In this document: in pieces, positions 27,266 through 35,749 of the stretch | How positions within the stretch are numbered: position 1 is the stretch's first letter | Layout of the letters: each line of letters starts with the position of its first letter | Assembly (NCBI GenBank): GCA_030037735.1 | Contig: JASHQC010000066.1 | Location: forward strand, 1-54,465 | From: Thermoplasmata archaeon | GTDB lineage: Archaea; Thermoplasmatota; Thermoplasmata; Lutacidiplasmatales; UBA184 | DNA: 54,465 nucleotides | Reading direction: 5' to 3' | Program-made: the position numbers and the translations under genes | Notes under the pieces: generated by a model | Databases searched by the model: none | Told to the model about the DNA's origin: nothing | Seen by the model: the letters and a program-made list of their open reading frames with translations, nothing else

Positions 27266-27466
27266 ATGGAGAAACTGTTGATAGCGGCCTGGATGGCGGC
27301 GACGGAACACCGAGATGACCTGAGTGAATATGCTCGGCTCGAGTACTCCTCGACGGATGCGCCGTGGGTCAAAACAAGCCTGCGGCGCAAATTCGAGACC
27401 CCGCCCGCGCCGGACCGTCCGATCCAGTTCCAGGGTCTCGCCGGGACGCCTGAAGTAGAGGCGTGA
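27266..27466 (+). CDS. Small hypothetical protein
   Basis: 66-aa ORF with no recognised family. Coding status is uncertain. Confidence 0.25.
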   Translation: MEKLLIAAWMAATEHRDDLSEYARLEYSSTDAPWVKTSLRRKFETPPAPDRPIQFQGLAGTPEVEA

Positions 27467-27625
27467 GGGAATGACGTGTTCCCGTTCCGGTACTCTTTAA
27501 TGACGACTCGGCGAGAACCTTGCTCTGCCGCCCAGCTTTCTTATGGCGGCGGACCTCTGACCCGGCCCCTTCGAGGGACACGGGCCCTCTAAGAAAGGCA
27601 TGCAAGGGAAAAGGAGGAGAAGAGA

Positions 27626-28786
27626 ATGGTGGCCAATTCTTCCGCGGGCACCGCGCGCGTCGACGGAGATTACGAGCTTCCCCCCGGGGGCACGCTTCAG
27701 CCGCCACCGGGAGCCTCGACAATCGAGATCACCGGCAGGTTGAGGAGTCGTGGATCGGGGTCGGTCGAGGGGTCGCTCAACTGTCGGGAGATCGAAATCG
27801 AGAATGGCGCGCTCACCGTCCGAGGAGCGGTACACGCCTCGGGCTCGATTACGCTCCGTCGGGGCCGGCTCGACGTCGCCGGGGACCTGGCCGCCGCAAG
27901 GTTGGAAGGCGATAAGACGATCTTAGTCCGGGGAAACCTGGACTGCCCCGAAGTCGATATTGGTGGACGAGTCGACGTTTCTGGCACGACCAAGGGGGAC
28001 CAGTTCGAAGTCGGGGGCTCGGCTGACCTCCGGGGCGCCGTGGACCTGACCTCGCTCGATATCGGAGGTCGAGTCACCATTGGAGGCGGCACGGTCCGTC
28101 GGTCCATCGACGTAGGAGGGATATTCGAATCGACCGCGGCCCTTACCTTCGGTTCCCTCGAGATCGGGGGGATGGGCCGCGTGCGCGCGGCCGCCCGGGG
28201 AGAGTCGGTAGATGTCGGCGGAATGATCGACTGCGACGCCGACCTCGTGGCCACACGGACGATGGAAGTGGGCGGACGGGTCCGGGTGGCCGGGAAGCTT
28301 CAATCCGCCCGAATCGAGGTCGGAGGGCACCTGTCTGCCGGTTCGATTGACGGAGAGGACGTGGAAGTGGGCGGCCTGGCCGAGGTGACCGGTTCCGTTG
28401 CGGCGCGTCGTCTGCAGATCGGCGGCCGGCTGTCCGCGGAGCGGGTCGTCGCCACAGACCGGGTCGAGGTCGGGGACGAAATTCGGACCCGCTCGGGGGT
28501 AAAAGGGGACGTGCTGCGGATCGGCGACCGGAGCACCGTGCGAGGACCCATCGTCGCCCGGGAAGTGACAGTGGGAGAGCGCGGCGACGTGGAAGACGTC
28601 TGGGCCGGCTCCCTGCGGCTGAGGGAACGCGCCCGGGCTCGGAATGTTTACACCGAGGATCTCGAGGTCTCCTCCCGCGTGGAGATCCATGGGGAGACCC
28701 AATTCGTACGGTCCATCCGGGGTGACGGGGCGCAGTTCGCCCAGTCCCCACGGCAGGTGTCCCAGCTTCCGCCTCCTCCGCTCTGA
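27626..28786 (+). CDS. Bactofilin-like (polymer-forming cytoskeletal family) beta-helix repeat protein, unusually long
   Basis: There are 10 copies of h-[DEQ]-[IV]-G-G (VDIGGRV, FEVGGSA, LDIGGRV, IDVGGIF, LEIGGMG, VDVGGMI, MEVGGRV, IEVGGHL, VEVGGLA, LQIGGRL). Three degenerate copies follow (VEVGDE, LRIGDR, VTVGER). The spacing is roughly 17-20 aa. GGAGG lies about 10 nt upstream of the ATG. Confidence 0.7.
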   Translation: MVANSSAGTARVDGDYELPPGGTLQPPPGASTIEITGRLRSRGSGSVEGSLNCREIEIENGALTVRGAVHASGSITLRRGRLDVAGDLAAARLEGDKTILVRGNLDCPEVDIGGRVDVSGTTKGDQFEVGGSADLRGAVDLTSLDIGGRVTIGGGTVRRSIDVGGIFESTAALTFGSLEIGGMGRVRAAARGESVDVGGMIDCDADLVATRTMEVGGRVRVAGKLQSARIEVGGHLSAGSIDGEDVEVGGLAEVTGSVAARRLQIGGRLSAERVVATDRVEVGDEIRTRSGVKGDVLRIGDRSTVRGPIVAREVTVGERGDVEDVWAGSLRLRERARARNVYTEDLEVSSRVEIHGETQFVRSIRGDGAQFAQSPRQVSQLPPPPL

Positions 28787-29160
28787 TGCCGGGCCGCCGC
28801 GAAGACCCCGCCGAACCGCTCGAAACCGCGAGCGAGCCACCGGCGGAGCCACCGCTCTTCGGCACCGATCGGCAAGGTCCGCTGGGCGCTCGACGTTCCC
28901 CTCTCGACCTGTACGCCGAGCTCCTCGAAGTGTTGCGGCGGGCGGCCTCGCCTTGTCGAATCACCCGACTCTCCTACGCCGTCGGTATGCCGGTGGACCG
29001 GACGCACCGGGCCGTGAACTTCCTCGTTGGGCTGGGACTCGTCACTCGCACGGCGGACGAAACTCCCGCTTGGCGGTTGACACGCCATGGGTACGAATTT
29101 CTTCGGACGTACTGGAAGCTCCGCAGCTTCCTAGGTCCTGTTGAGGGGTTCGTCGAATGA
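28786..29160 (+). CDS. Winged-helix DNA-binding protein
   Basis: ITRLSYAVGMPVDRTHRAVNFLVGLGLV....WRLTRHGYEFL looks like a wHTH. The ATG overlaps the upstream stop (TGATG). Confidence 0.55.
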   Translation: MPGRREDPAEPLETASEPPAEPPLFGTDRQGPLGARRSPLDLYAELLEVLRRAASPCRITRLSYAVGMPVDRTHRAVNFLVGLGLVTRTADETPAWRLTRHGYEFLRTYWKLRSFLGPVEGFVE

Positions 29161-29300
29161 GCCCTCACACACACGTTTCGAGCCGGAATCTGTTTCCGCG
29201 GTTTCTGCTGACGCCAGAAATCCGGCTGCACAGGGTCGGAAGCCCCAGCCCTATCTCCCGAAGATGACCCGGGAGGTGGGACGGGAGAACACGAGTCCAG

Positions 29301-29468
29301 CTAGCTCGTCTTCTTCGCCATTTTCATGACGTCTTCTTTGCTAACGACCTTCTGGTGAAATTCCTTCACGTGCTGCTGAACGTGCTGCACGAGCTCGTGT
29401 TCCTTGGCACTGATCACTGAGAATCCGTCCTCGCACTCAACCTTCCACTTCTGCATCGTTGACGCCAT
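29301..29468 (-). CDS. DUF1059-like small protein (55 aa, not in ORF track)
   Basis: My translation is MASTMQKWKVECEDGFSVISAKEHELVQHVQQHVKEFHQKVVSKEDVMKMAKKTS. This fits the DUF1059 pattern (k..C.d.g..f...a.te.El......H....H). The local GC is lower. Confidence 0.55.
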   Translation of the reverse strand: MASTMQKWKVECEDGFSVISAKEHELVQHVQQHVKEFHQKVVSKEDVMKMAKKTS

Positions 29469-29603
29469 TGCGTGTTCCCCTCGCCACAGTACCGAGACAC
29501 GGAGGAACGCTCGGTGCGGGATAAGTTCGTCGAGCCAATCCGGACAGTCAGGGCACCCCGATCGGCGGTACGTGCCGACTCTGGATGCGCGCGCGCAGCA
29601 GAG

Positions 29604-29610
29604 TTATAAA
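29604..29610 (+). promoter_or_regulatory. Putative TATA box (TTATAAA) for rpl15e
   Basis: Centred 32 nt upstream of the ATG at 29639. Confidence 0.45.
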
Positions 29611-29638
29611 CGAAGCACAGGTCCCCCGCCGGCTTTCC

Positions 29639-30253
29639 ATGTCCAGCTCGTCGTATCGCTACGCCGGCCGCTCGTTCCGCCTGACTCAGGGGCCCGAGGG
29701 CGCTAGTCTCCGGCATGAACGGCTCCTCACCTGGCGGCAGGAGACGACGGTCAACCGGCTCGACCACCCTACTCGATTGGACCGGGCCCGTGCGCTGGGG
29801 TGGCGCGCGAAGGAGGGGTTTGTCGTCGTTCGGGTCCGCGTCCGTCGCGGTGGGCAGCGCAAGCGGGCGATCATCGCCGGCCGTCGACCGAAGCATAAGG
29901 GGATCCTCCGGATGACGCTGTCGAAGAGCCTGCAGCGAATCTCCGAAGAACGGGCCCAGAAGCACTACCCGAACCTCGAGGTGCTCAACTCGTACTGGGT
30001 CGGCGAGGACGGGAAGCAGAAGTTCTTCGAGGTCATCCTGGTGGACCCTCATCACCCCACTATCCTGGCCGACCCCAAGATCGCATGGATCGCCGCTCCC
30101 GCGCAGCGCGGCCGGGTCTACCGTGGGTTGACCAGCGCCGGTGCGAAGGGTCGCGGTCTGCGCTGGAAAGGCAAGGGAGCGGAGCGGATGCGCCCCTCGC
30201 GGACCCAGAACCGGCGCGACGTCCGCCGCACGCAAGTCAAGGTCATTCCGTAA
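29639..30253 (+). CDS. rpl15e: Ribosomal protein L15e
   Basis: RLLTWRQE..V.RLDHPTRLDRARALGWRAKEGFVVVRVRVRRGG. The start is trimmed to the ATG at 29639. Confidence 0.9.
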   Translation: MSSSSYRYAGRSFRLTQGPEGASLRHERLLTWRQETTVNRLDHPTRLDRARALGWRAKEGFVVVRVRVRRGGQRKRAIIAGRRPKHKGILRMTLSKSLQRISEERAQKHYPNLEVLNSYWVGEDGKQKFFEVILVDPHHPTILADPKIAWIAAPAQRGRVYRGLTSAGAKGRGLRWKGKGAERMRPSRTQNRRDVRRTQVKVIP

Positions 30254-30722
30254 TTCCGCTCCGGCCAACGTTCGGGTCGCGCGGCTCGGCCGGGACCCGA
30301 AGCCAGTGATCGAGTGGCGCTCCCGCGCGTTCGGCCGATCGATGCGCCCAGCCGGCCAGTCCCTCGACGTGAGCCACCTCCCCGTGGAGGGCCCTGGCGA
30401 GCTTCCGGCGGAACTCCGTGTCCACATGGACCCCCTCGGCGAGCAATAGCTCCGCGAGGCGGTGGGCCAGGTGTCCCCCCTCCCGGTCCCAATCGGTGAG
30501 TATGACCACGCGTTGCCCGGGCCGAGACAGCGCACGGGTCAATTGGCTCATTCCGCGGCCTGAGTGGAGCAGGACCACCCGGCCGGAGACCCCGAGCAAC
30601 CGGAGCGAACGCCGATCTCGCTCACCCTCGACCACGACCACTGTCGAGTCCTCGTTCGTTCCCGAGAGGAACTCCTCCCACAGCTTGAGAAATCCTTGCC
30701 AGACCTCGGCGGCCCGCTCCAT
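30243..30722 (-). CDS. Toprim-domain protein (small primase-like / RNase M5-like)
   Basis: VVVEGERDRRSL and VVILTDWDREGG are Toprim acidic motifs. Confidence 0.75.
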   Translation of the reverse strand: MERAAEVWQGFLKLWEEFLSGTNEDSTVVVVEGERDRRSLRLLGVSGRVVLLHSGRGMSQLTRALSRPGQRVVILTDWDREGGHLAHRLAELLLAEGVHVDTEFRRKLARALHGEVAHVEGLAGWAHRSAERAGAPLDHWLRVPAEPRDPNVGRSGITE

Positions 30723-30822
30723 TCGACGTAATTCCCTCGGCGTGGCGTTTTCGTCGAGAACCTCAGAGACCGCGCACGGCGCGAAGAACTAAAGCCTCCG
30801 CTCTTTCCCCCGTTGTGGTTAC

Positions 30823-31494
30823 ATGGCGGATTACTACACCAAGCTTCTCGAATTGCGACGGGCCGAGGGATCGGCCCACGGACTCTCGAAGGTGCCGGTC
30901 GACTTTTACCCGCAGACGCGAGCCTACCTGGCGGAGCTGAAATCGACGTTCGAGACGGAACTGCGCGAGAATCCGTCGGGAAGAAAGGGCGAGCTGGCCC
31001 GGCAAACGCACCAGCGCGCCGTGCAGACGGCCCGAGACATTGTGGAGGCTCGCATGATGAAGATCCTCACCGCGGCGCTGCAGGCCAGCCTCGGGGGATC
31101 CCGCGACCTGCCGAACGCGCTGCCCGAGGAGCGTACTCTGCACGAGTCCATGCTCGGATACCTGCGGCAGCACCGGTCCGAGGTCGCCCCCTACCTGGAG
31201 CCGACCGGACCGGCACCCGTCGCACAGAAGCGGCCGATAGCGACCCCACCGCGGAACCTGCCCTCCGAGGCGGCTCCCTCACGTTCGGCGTCCCCCACCC
31301 CCGGAGCGGGAACCGATGTGCGGATCGTCCGGGTGCTCAAAGACACTCCGAAGGTTACCCTGGGGTCGGAAACGATCGAGCTGCGACGGGACGACGTGCT
31401 GTCGCTGCCGGCCGATGTGGCCCGACTGCTCCTCGACGGCCACGTCGTGGAACCGGTCGAGCTCCACGAGAAGTTCTCACCGGCACTACGCTGA
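30823..31494 (+). CDS. GINS complex subunit (Gins51-like)
   Basis: The N-terminal helical A-domain pattern (YTKLLELRRAE......VPVDFY..........ARMMKILTAAL) plus a small C-terminal beta domain. Confidence 0.65.
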   Translation: MADYYTKLLELRRAEGSAHGLSKVPVDFYPQTRAYLAELKSTFETELRENPSGRKGELARQTHQRAVQTARDIVEARMMKILTAALQASLGGSRDLPNALPEERTLHESMLGYLRQHRSEVAPYLEPTGPAPVAQKRPIATPPRNLPSEAAPSRSASPTPGAGTDVRIVRVLKDTPKVTLGSETIELRRDDVLSLPADVARLLLDGHVVEPVELHEKFSPALR

Positions 31495-32667
31495 GCGGCG
31501 GCGGGGCGCCAGCTCGAGCACCTTGAACGTGCTGAATCCGAACAGGAAACTCTTCTGAGCCAGCTTTAGCTTCGTGGCCTCGACAGGGCCCGCGTCGGCT
31601 TCCAAGCGAGCCCGGACGTCGTCGATCCCCCAGGTGACCAGGGCGTCCGAGAGTGGGCCATAGAAAATCTCCTCGAGGCCCGCGGCCTCGGCCGCGCGGC
31701 GGACCCGGGTGAAATTGACCCAGGCGCTGATGTCGGCCGTTCCGGGCCGCGATAGCGGGTCGACCGGGCGGTGGTCTCGGATCGCCTCGATCGTGCCTGT
31801 TCCCCCGCGGGAAAGAAGGGCCCCCTCTTCGACCCCGTAATCGATGAGCACGGCCCGCCCCCCGGCCACGTTGTCCCCAAGCTCCCGGATCCATGACTCC
31901 ATGGCCGGCGAGACCTCGAGCACCGAGCCGACCGGCGCGTCGGCGGGCAACGCGGCAGGCGGCTGAGTGCGCTCCGGCCCGCGTACTTCGGTTCGGATAG
32001 GACCTTCGGCGGGAATGTTGACGCCCAACTCCGCCCACCCCGAGGCTGTCTTTACCAACCGACGGAACGGGAAAGCGTCGAGCAGCTCGTTGGCCAGGAG
32101 AATCCCTTGAATCGGACCCTCGGAGCCAACCGAGGGGGAGAACCGCCACGGTACCTCTCCAGGTTGTGCGACACCCAGACGTGACGAGATTACCGCTCGG
32201 AGCGCGGCCGATCGCTCTACGAGGACGTACTCCCACCCATTCGCTCCCGTCGATCCGCGCCGCAACGCGGTCCGTATGTCCGCAGCCAGCGTTCCGTCAC
32301 CGGGACCTACCTCAACGATCGGGAAGCGGACGGGGGATCCTTCGGATCGTCGAACCTCCCGAAAGTGAGAGGCCAATGTCGCGCCGAAGAGGCCGTGCAC
32401 GTGCGCCGCCGTATAGAAATCTCCCTCTCGACCGAGTCGCGTGCTTGCCCGGTCGTAGAACCCTCGACCGGGGTCGTAGAGCGAGATCTCCATGAACTGG
32501 TCGAACGGCAGGTAGCCGTCCCCGTCTGCGGCCACGCGTAGGCGACGCCGCAGCACCGGATCCACCGATCGAGCGAGCGACGCGCCGTTGCCGGTCTCTA
32601 CTGGAACTGAGGCAGGGTCGTCCGGCCCCATGGTGATCGCGCGTGCAGGTCCCGAGGGGCTCGTCAA
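31486..32667 (-). CDS. MidA/NDUFAF7-like (DUF185) SAM-dependent methyltransferase
   Basis: PFDQFMEISLYDPGRGFY, GDFYTAAHV..LFG and EVGPGDGTLA. The TTG start overlaps the PAC2 stop (TTGA); an alternative ATG is at 32631. Confidence 0.8.
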   Translation of the reverse strand: MTSPSGPARAITMGPDDPASVPVETGNGASLARSVDPVLRRRLRVAADGDGYLPFDQFMEISLYDPGRGFYDRASTRLGREGDFYTAAHVHGLFGATLASHFREVRRSEGSPVRFPIVEVGPGDGTLAADIRTALRRGSTGANGWEYVLVERSAALRAVISSRLGVAQPGEVPWRFSPSVGSEGPIQGILLANELLDAFPFRRLVKTASGWAELGVNIPAEGPIRTEVRGPERTQPPAALPADAPVGSVLEVSPAMESWIRELGDNVAGGRAVLIDYGVEEGALLSRGGTGTIEAIRDHRPVDPLSRPGTADISAWVNFTRVRRAAEAAGLEEIFYGPLSDALVTWGIDDVRARLEADAGPVEATKLKLAQKSFLFGFSTFKVLELAPRRRSA

Positions 32668-33443
32668 CCGATATAGCCCAGGTCCTCGCGCGCCTGACCC
32701 GGCGTCTCCGCCGGGCGGGTGGGGGTCTCGGCTTCGCGGAACTTCTGGGCGATCCGGTCAATCTCCTTGGCTTTGTGCTCGAGCTCGGTAAAATCGATCG
32801 TGAGGTTCAGCACCTTGCTCAGGACGCGCAGCACCGCTTCGGCGCTGCGAGGGTCCACGAAGTACCCGGACGTCTCCCCCATGAGGCAGACACCATCCAT
32901 GCCGTAGACCTGGCCTAGGCCGAGGAACAGGCCGCTGGCACCAATCAGCCCGCCGCCCGGGTCCGTCCGGGAGAATACCACCCCGTACTTTTTCATCGCC
33001 TCGACCCGGGCCGCCGAGGTCGCAGCCCCCAAAACGCGCGGGCCCTCGACGAGATGGCCTTGGGCGAAGCCGGCGAGCGTGTAGACCTCCCGGACGCCCA
33101 TCTGGTTCGCAAGGGCCAGCACCCGGTCAGTAAGCTCGTACTGGCCTTCCGGCGTGATGCCCTGATAATCGCCCCCGAGCAGGATCAGGTCCCGCTGGTT
33201 CGATCCGGTCGCTCGCACATACGACAAGTCGTTCGAAACGAGTCGAATCAGTCCCTCCTCGCTCACGTAGACCTGGGGAGGGAAGAATTTCGAATGGATC
33301 CATCCGAAGATGGTGGCGTTGAGCTTCTCCTTGAGGTAATCAATCGCCAGCTTGCCGACGTTCCCGACACCCGGCAGACCCTCGACGAGCACCGGGTCCT
33401 TGAGCGTCACCTTTTCCGTGATGCGGATGAGAACGTCCTCCAT
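32664..33443 (-). CDS. PAC2-family proteasome assembly chaperone-like protein
   Basis: LVEGLPGVGNVGKLA near the N-terminus, and about 260 aa, as in the archaeal PAC2 family. Confidence 0.8.
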   Translation of the reverse strand: MEDVLIRITEKVTLKDPVLVEGLPGVGNVGKLAIDYLKEKLNATIFGWIHSKFFPPQVYVSEEGLIRLVSNDLSYVRATGSNQRDLILLGGDYQGITPEGQYELTDRVLALANQMGVREVYTLAGFAQGHLVEGPRVLGAATSAARVEAMKKYGVVFSRTDPGGGLIGASGLFLGLGQVYGMDGVCLMGETSGYFVDPRSAEAVLRVLSKVLNLTIDFTELEHKAKEIDRIAQKFREAETPTRPAETPGQAREDLGYIG

Positions 33444-33625
33444 CGTGGACTCCAGTCAAAGCAGCGGCGCACGATAGATAACGGTTCGCTGAAATGGAGG
33501 TGGACGGAAACCGCGTCGTGACGGTGGACACCTACCGCTGGTCGACGAACAAGCACGCACCACGGAGACCCCCCTTCCCAGAGCGCGACCGCAGCGGACT
33601 CGTCGGCTAGGGGACGACGTCCGTC

Positions 33626-33659
33626 GGGAAGAGAAAGGGATCCCGGCCCGCATGCCGGG
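33626..33659 (-). terminator. Putative hsp20 terminator (hairpin plus pyrimidine/U tract)
   Basis: On the transcript strand a CCCGGC-AUGCGG-GCCGGG hairpin is followed by AUCCCUUUCUCUUCCC. A second perfect 9-bp hairpin (33685-33707) has the stop codon in its loop. Confidence 0.35.
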
Positions 33660-33696
33660 ACCCCCTTAGGCGGGCCGGTCCAGGCCGTCGGCTCGA

Positions 33697-34182
33697 TTAG
33701 CCGACGGAGATGTGCTTCTCAGGCTCGGGGTTGGCCTTCGGGATCTCCAGCGTCAGCACCCCGTCCTGGTACCGCGCCGAGACCTTCTCAGACAGGATCT
33801 CCTCCGGTAGCTCAATGCTCCGGTTGAACCCCTGGTAGGTCCGCTCGTGATAGAGGTATGTCTTGCCCTTCTGTTCCTTTTCGGCGCTCTCCTTGGCTTC
33901 GATGCGGAGCGTCCGGCCGTGGAGTCGGATATCGATGTTCTCCTTATGAAGACCGGGAAGGTTCGCCCGAATCTCGTACGCGTTCCCCTTGTCCTCCACG
34001 TCGGCCAAGGCGGGGAACCACGACTCGAAGGCCCTAGCTCCGGAAAGGGAGAACGCTGAGGGAAGTCCCGTCAAAATCTCCTGTCGGAAGTTTTCGAACA
34101 GCTGGTCCAGATAGTTCGAAAGATCCATCGTTGGCATCGGTCGGACGGCCACTTCGGTCCCCTTGGACTTCTTCGCTTGCAT
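33697..34182 (-). CDS. hsp20: Small heat-shock protein (Hsp20/alpha-crystallin)
   Basis: ADVEDKGNAYEIRANLPGL.KENIDI......L.I.A......F.RSIELP......KVSARYQDGVLTLEIPK. The start is trimmed to the ATG at 34182. Confidence 0.88.
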   Translation of the reverse strand: MQAKKSKGTEVAVRPMPTMDLSNYLDQLFENFRQEILTGLPSAFSLSGARAFESWFPALADVEDKGNAYEIRANLPGLHKENIDIRLHGRTLRIEAKESAEKEQKGKTYLYHERTYQGFNRSIELPEEILSEKVSARYQDGVLTLEIPKANPEPEKHISVG

Positions 34183-34414
34183 AGCGTTCCTCGCCTCACC
34201 CGAGGCACGCTCTGATGTGGGAGGTGTCCCATCAACGCTCACTCAAGTCGGATTGACGGGGACGACCGGGCGAACCATTCGTCCCGTCCGGGCAGGGCCG
34301 GCGCTATAATCCCGGAACGCAGCGCTCGGCCGAAGAAAACGGGATCTCGTTCGGCCTCGGCAGTTCCCCGCCAAGCGGAAGCCGCCCGGGCCGGGAACGG
34401 CTTCACTCCCTCGC

Positions 34415-35164
34415 TCAGGGAGCCACGTGGAACCCGGTGTCGTCGATGGTCAGGCGCCGGATCTGCGTCCGTTCGGGGTGATTGCGAAGCTTCCTGACCT
34501 CGAGGGTGTGCTCGAAGGTCATTCCGTTTGGCTCGGAGCGCAAGGTGATCCCGAGGTCGGCCGCGTCTTCCAACATCGCGGCGGAGCGGCCGTCGAGCGA
34601 CCCTTGCTCGACAGTGACCATCGCCTTGCCACCGAGCAGCTGGGTCCTCGATCGGATCTGCCGCACAAGACTGACCACCTCGGACACTTCGAGCAGCTCG
34701 AGGAGGAAGTCGAGGGAGTCGAGCACCAGACGGAACGGGGAATCGAGGCTCGCGAGGTCGTTGAGGAACCGTCCCACGAGGCTGTAGGGGGCCGCGGGCA
34801 CCTCCGGGCGACGCGCGGTCCGGAGGTCCTCCAGCCGGAGCCCACGCTCCCGGATGCGCGACACCTCGAGCTGCGGCTCCAGGACCCGCTTGTAGTAGTC
34901 GTCCGAGAGGTTTCCGAACCGAATCGATTCCGGGTCCCAGTGGAACGACCGGAAGGCGGCCTGCGAGTCCACCGTTCGCTCGGCGGTCGTGTAGTACAGC
35001 ACCGGCGTCGACCCGATGCCGGCCTGAGCGAACTGCTTCGCCAACAGGTGCGAGCCCGAGCCGGGCGTGCCGATGACCACGACGAGGTAGCCGGGAGGGA
35101 GGTACGGGGACAATGTGGCGTCGATGTCCGGGATGCCCAGGAGCGGCTCGTCGCCGGTGGTCAT
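34415..35164 (-). CDS. KaiC/RecA-like protein with a Lys-less P-loop
   Basis: GIPDIDATL...YLVVVIGTPGSGSHLLAKQF (GxxGxGS-H in place of GKT), LVLDSLD Walker B, and a C-terminal KaiC-like strand (LEVRKLRN). The ATG overlaps the upstream TGA (ATGA). Confidence 0.65.
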   Translation of the reverse strand: MTTGDEPLLGIPDIDATLSPYLPPGYLVVVIGTPGSGSHLLAKQFAQAGIGSTPVLYYTTAERTVDSQAAFRSFHWDPESIRFGNLSDDYYKRVLEPQLEVSRIRERGLRLEDLRTARRPEVPAAPYSLVGRFLNDLASLDSPFRLVLDSLDFLLELLEVSEVVSLVRQIRSRTQLLGGKAMVTVEQGSLDGRSAAMLEDAADLGITLRSEPNGMTFEHTLEVRKLRNHPERTQIRRLTIDDTGFHVAP

Positions 35165-35745
35165 GGGGCTCCGTCGAGCACGAACGACTCGTCGACCACC
35201 AGTGAAAGGATCCGGTCGAGGTCCGTCCCCTCGCTCTCCAATGTGGTGAACAGTACGGTCAGCACAGAGCGGGTCTTCAGGTTGTTCGCGAGGATATGGA
35301 AGAACTCGGACAGGACGTCCGTGCTGTTGTGGACCGCGAGCGAGTTCACCGAGTCGATGATCACGACGTTCCGCTGGTTGGGGTGCCGCCGGAGCAGGAA
35401 CTCGATCCGGAGCATGATGCCCTCGAGCATGGTGGGACTCTCGACGTACGAGGCATTCGGGAGAACGTTCTCGTAGCTCATCATCAGGTGCGAGATCGCG
35501 TCCACGAACGAGAGCCGAGCGGACGGGATGTCGAGCGCTTGAAGCAGGCTCCACACCAGCGACGCCGGGTTCGTGACGGAGACGTAGATTGTGTGACTGT
35601 TGGTCTCTCCCCCGAGGTCCCGGACCGTCAGGCCGAGCGCGGCGAGGTAGTTGTCGGCGTAATCCTTGGCGCCCAGCTTCAAGGCCACCGTGCCTCCAGT
35701 CGTGAACGAGCGTAGCCGCTCGGCAATCTCGGACTCCCGCGCCAT
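35161..35745 (-). CDS. KaiC/RecA-like protein lacking a P-loop (predicted inactive)
   Basis: KaiC-like length and pattern (YVSVTNP......FVD, VVIIDSVNSL), but the Walker A position reads LKLGAKDYADNYL. The ATG at 35745 lies 4 nt after the upstream stop. Confidence 0.6.
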   Translation of the reverse strand: MARESEIAERLRSFTTGGTVALKLGAKDYADNYLAALGLTVRDLGGETNSHTIYVSVTNPASLVWSLLQALDIPSARLSFVDAISHLMMSYENVLPNASYVESPTMLEGIMLRIEFLLRRHPNQRNVVIIDSVNSLAVHNSTDVLSEFFHILANNLKTRSVLTVLFTTLESEGTDLDRILSLVVDESFVLDGAP

Positions 35746-35749
35746 CCGT

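Noticed and set aside
27469-27560. Possible C/D box sRNA: aatgacg occurs twice (27469 and 27497 regions), with ctga at about 27557.
   Set aside because: Both C-box candidates deviate from RUGAUGA. I found no acceptable D' or C' boxes at the right spacing, and no terminal stem.
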